A stretch of DNA of 64,000 nt from Candidatus Poribacteria bacterium (GTDB taxonomy: Bacteria > Poribacteria > WGA-4E > WGA-3G), in NCBI GenBank assembly GCA_965205025.1, contig CBDBFU010000012.1:352001-416000 (forward strand). The letters are read 5' to 3'. The notes under the pieces are model-generated. The model was not told where the DNA came from. It did no database searches and was given only the letters and a program-made list of their open reading frames with translations. The translations under genes and the position numbers were made by a program. Positions 63,245 to 64,000 of the stretch are shown here, in pieces (positions within the stretch are counted from its first letter, which is position 1; the number at the start of each line of letters is the position of its first letter).

Positions 63245-63260
63245 AAGAACAGGAATAGAA

Positions 63261-64000
63261 GTGGAAACTAAAATACAATCACATGTTGAAATTGACCTAC
63301 TGAAAATACAAGATAACGCAAAATCAATTAAAGAGTATTGTAACAGAAAATTGATTGCTGTTGTTAAAGCTGATGCTTATGGACATGGAGCAATACAGGT
63401 TGCAGGTGTCTTACATAACATAACCGATATGTTTGCAGTCGCAACTGTTGAAGAAGGTATTGAACTACGACAAGCCGGTATACGAAATCCAATTCTTGTT
63501 TTATTTAGTACATTACCCGATACAGTTGATGAAATAATTTCTTATGAATTAACACCAACTATTGATAATTGGGATTTAGCTATAAGATTGAATGAAGCAG
63601 TCTTAGGTAGAAATTCATTACTTCAATTTGTACCAATTGAGAAAGCAAATATACATCTTGATATAAATACTGGTATGAATAGAAGTGGAATACCACACCT
63701 TGAAGTAAAAAACTTCATAGAAAAATTACAAACCCTCAATCGACTTGAACTTGAAGGGATTACAACACATCTGGCTACAGCAGAAGAAGATGATCAGACA
63801 TTTGTTAATCTACAATTACAGCGATTTGTTTCTTCAATTGAAGATGTTGAGAAATCAGATACAGGAATTCCATTTTTTCACGTTGCAAATAGCGAAGCGA
63901 CATTATCCATTCCTGATTCACATTTCGATGCAGTGAGACCTGGATTAGCTTTATATGGAATTTATCCTTCAAATTCATACTTTGTTGATTTACAACCAGC
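63261..64000 (+). CDS. alr: Alanine racemase, 3' partial (not in the ORF track)
   Basis: GTG at 63261; 'AVVKADAYGHGA' (PLP lysine), 'NTGMNRSG', 'HVANS' and 'VRPGLALYG'; runs off the window end. Confidence 0.93.
   Translation, partial: METKIQSHVEIDLLKIQDNAKSIKEYCNRKLIAVVKADAYGHGAIQVAGVLHNITDMFAVATVEEGIELRQAGIRNPILVLFSTLPDTVDEIISYELTPTIDNWDLAIRLNEAVLGRNSLLQFVPIEKANIHLDINTGMNRSGIPHLEVKNFIEKLQTLNRLELEGITTHLATAEEDDQTFVNLQLQRFVSSIEDVEKSDTGIPFFHVANSEATLSIPDSHFDAVRPGLALYGIYPSNSYFVDLQP

Noticed and set aside
537-63936. Numerous short antisense or overlapping ORFs in the six-frame track
   Set aside because: They lie within well-supported genes on the opposite strand or in another frame and have no motifs; 63745-63936 lies inside alr.

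Overview
AT-rich bacterial chromosomal segment read in the standard genetic code. It comes from a diderm organism, since it encodes a POTRA/BamA-like protein, LolA and a porin. The gene repertoire (Uma2 paralogs, a DUF6785-type membrane protein, REP-like GTAG palindromes) is reminiscent of Candidatus Poribacteria; that is an inference, not a verified assignment. Main content: (i) a methyl/cobalamin region with a corrinoid protein, an ASKHA reductive activator, a stand-alone homocysteine methyltransferase, a BCCT transporter plus porin, and a full metH; (ii) five tandem VOC/glyoxalase paralogs; (iii) lolA-pgsA-thpR-recA followed directly by a complete actinobacterial-type Pup-proteasome locus (arc, an orphan gene, dop, pup ending GGQ, prcB, prcA, pafA); (iv) ppdK, three Uma2 genes and rtcB; (v) a probable accessory island with a SNF2 helicase, a sacsin-like GHKL ATPase carrying an HNH-like tail, a duplicated antitoxin-like gene and a RelE remnant; (vi) a rhodanese-MoeB/E1 enzyme whose catalytic-loop Cys codon is an in-frame TGA followed by a SECIS-like hairpin, probably a selenoprotein and the strongest finding; (vii) an ATPase-PIN pair, potB/potC-like permeases and a partial alr. 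Several genes (metH, recA, pgsA, lolA, the corrinoid gene, the PIN gene) are split by single-base homopolymer indels that look like sequencing errors. I saw no tRNA, rRNA, CRISPR array or transposase.
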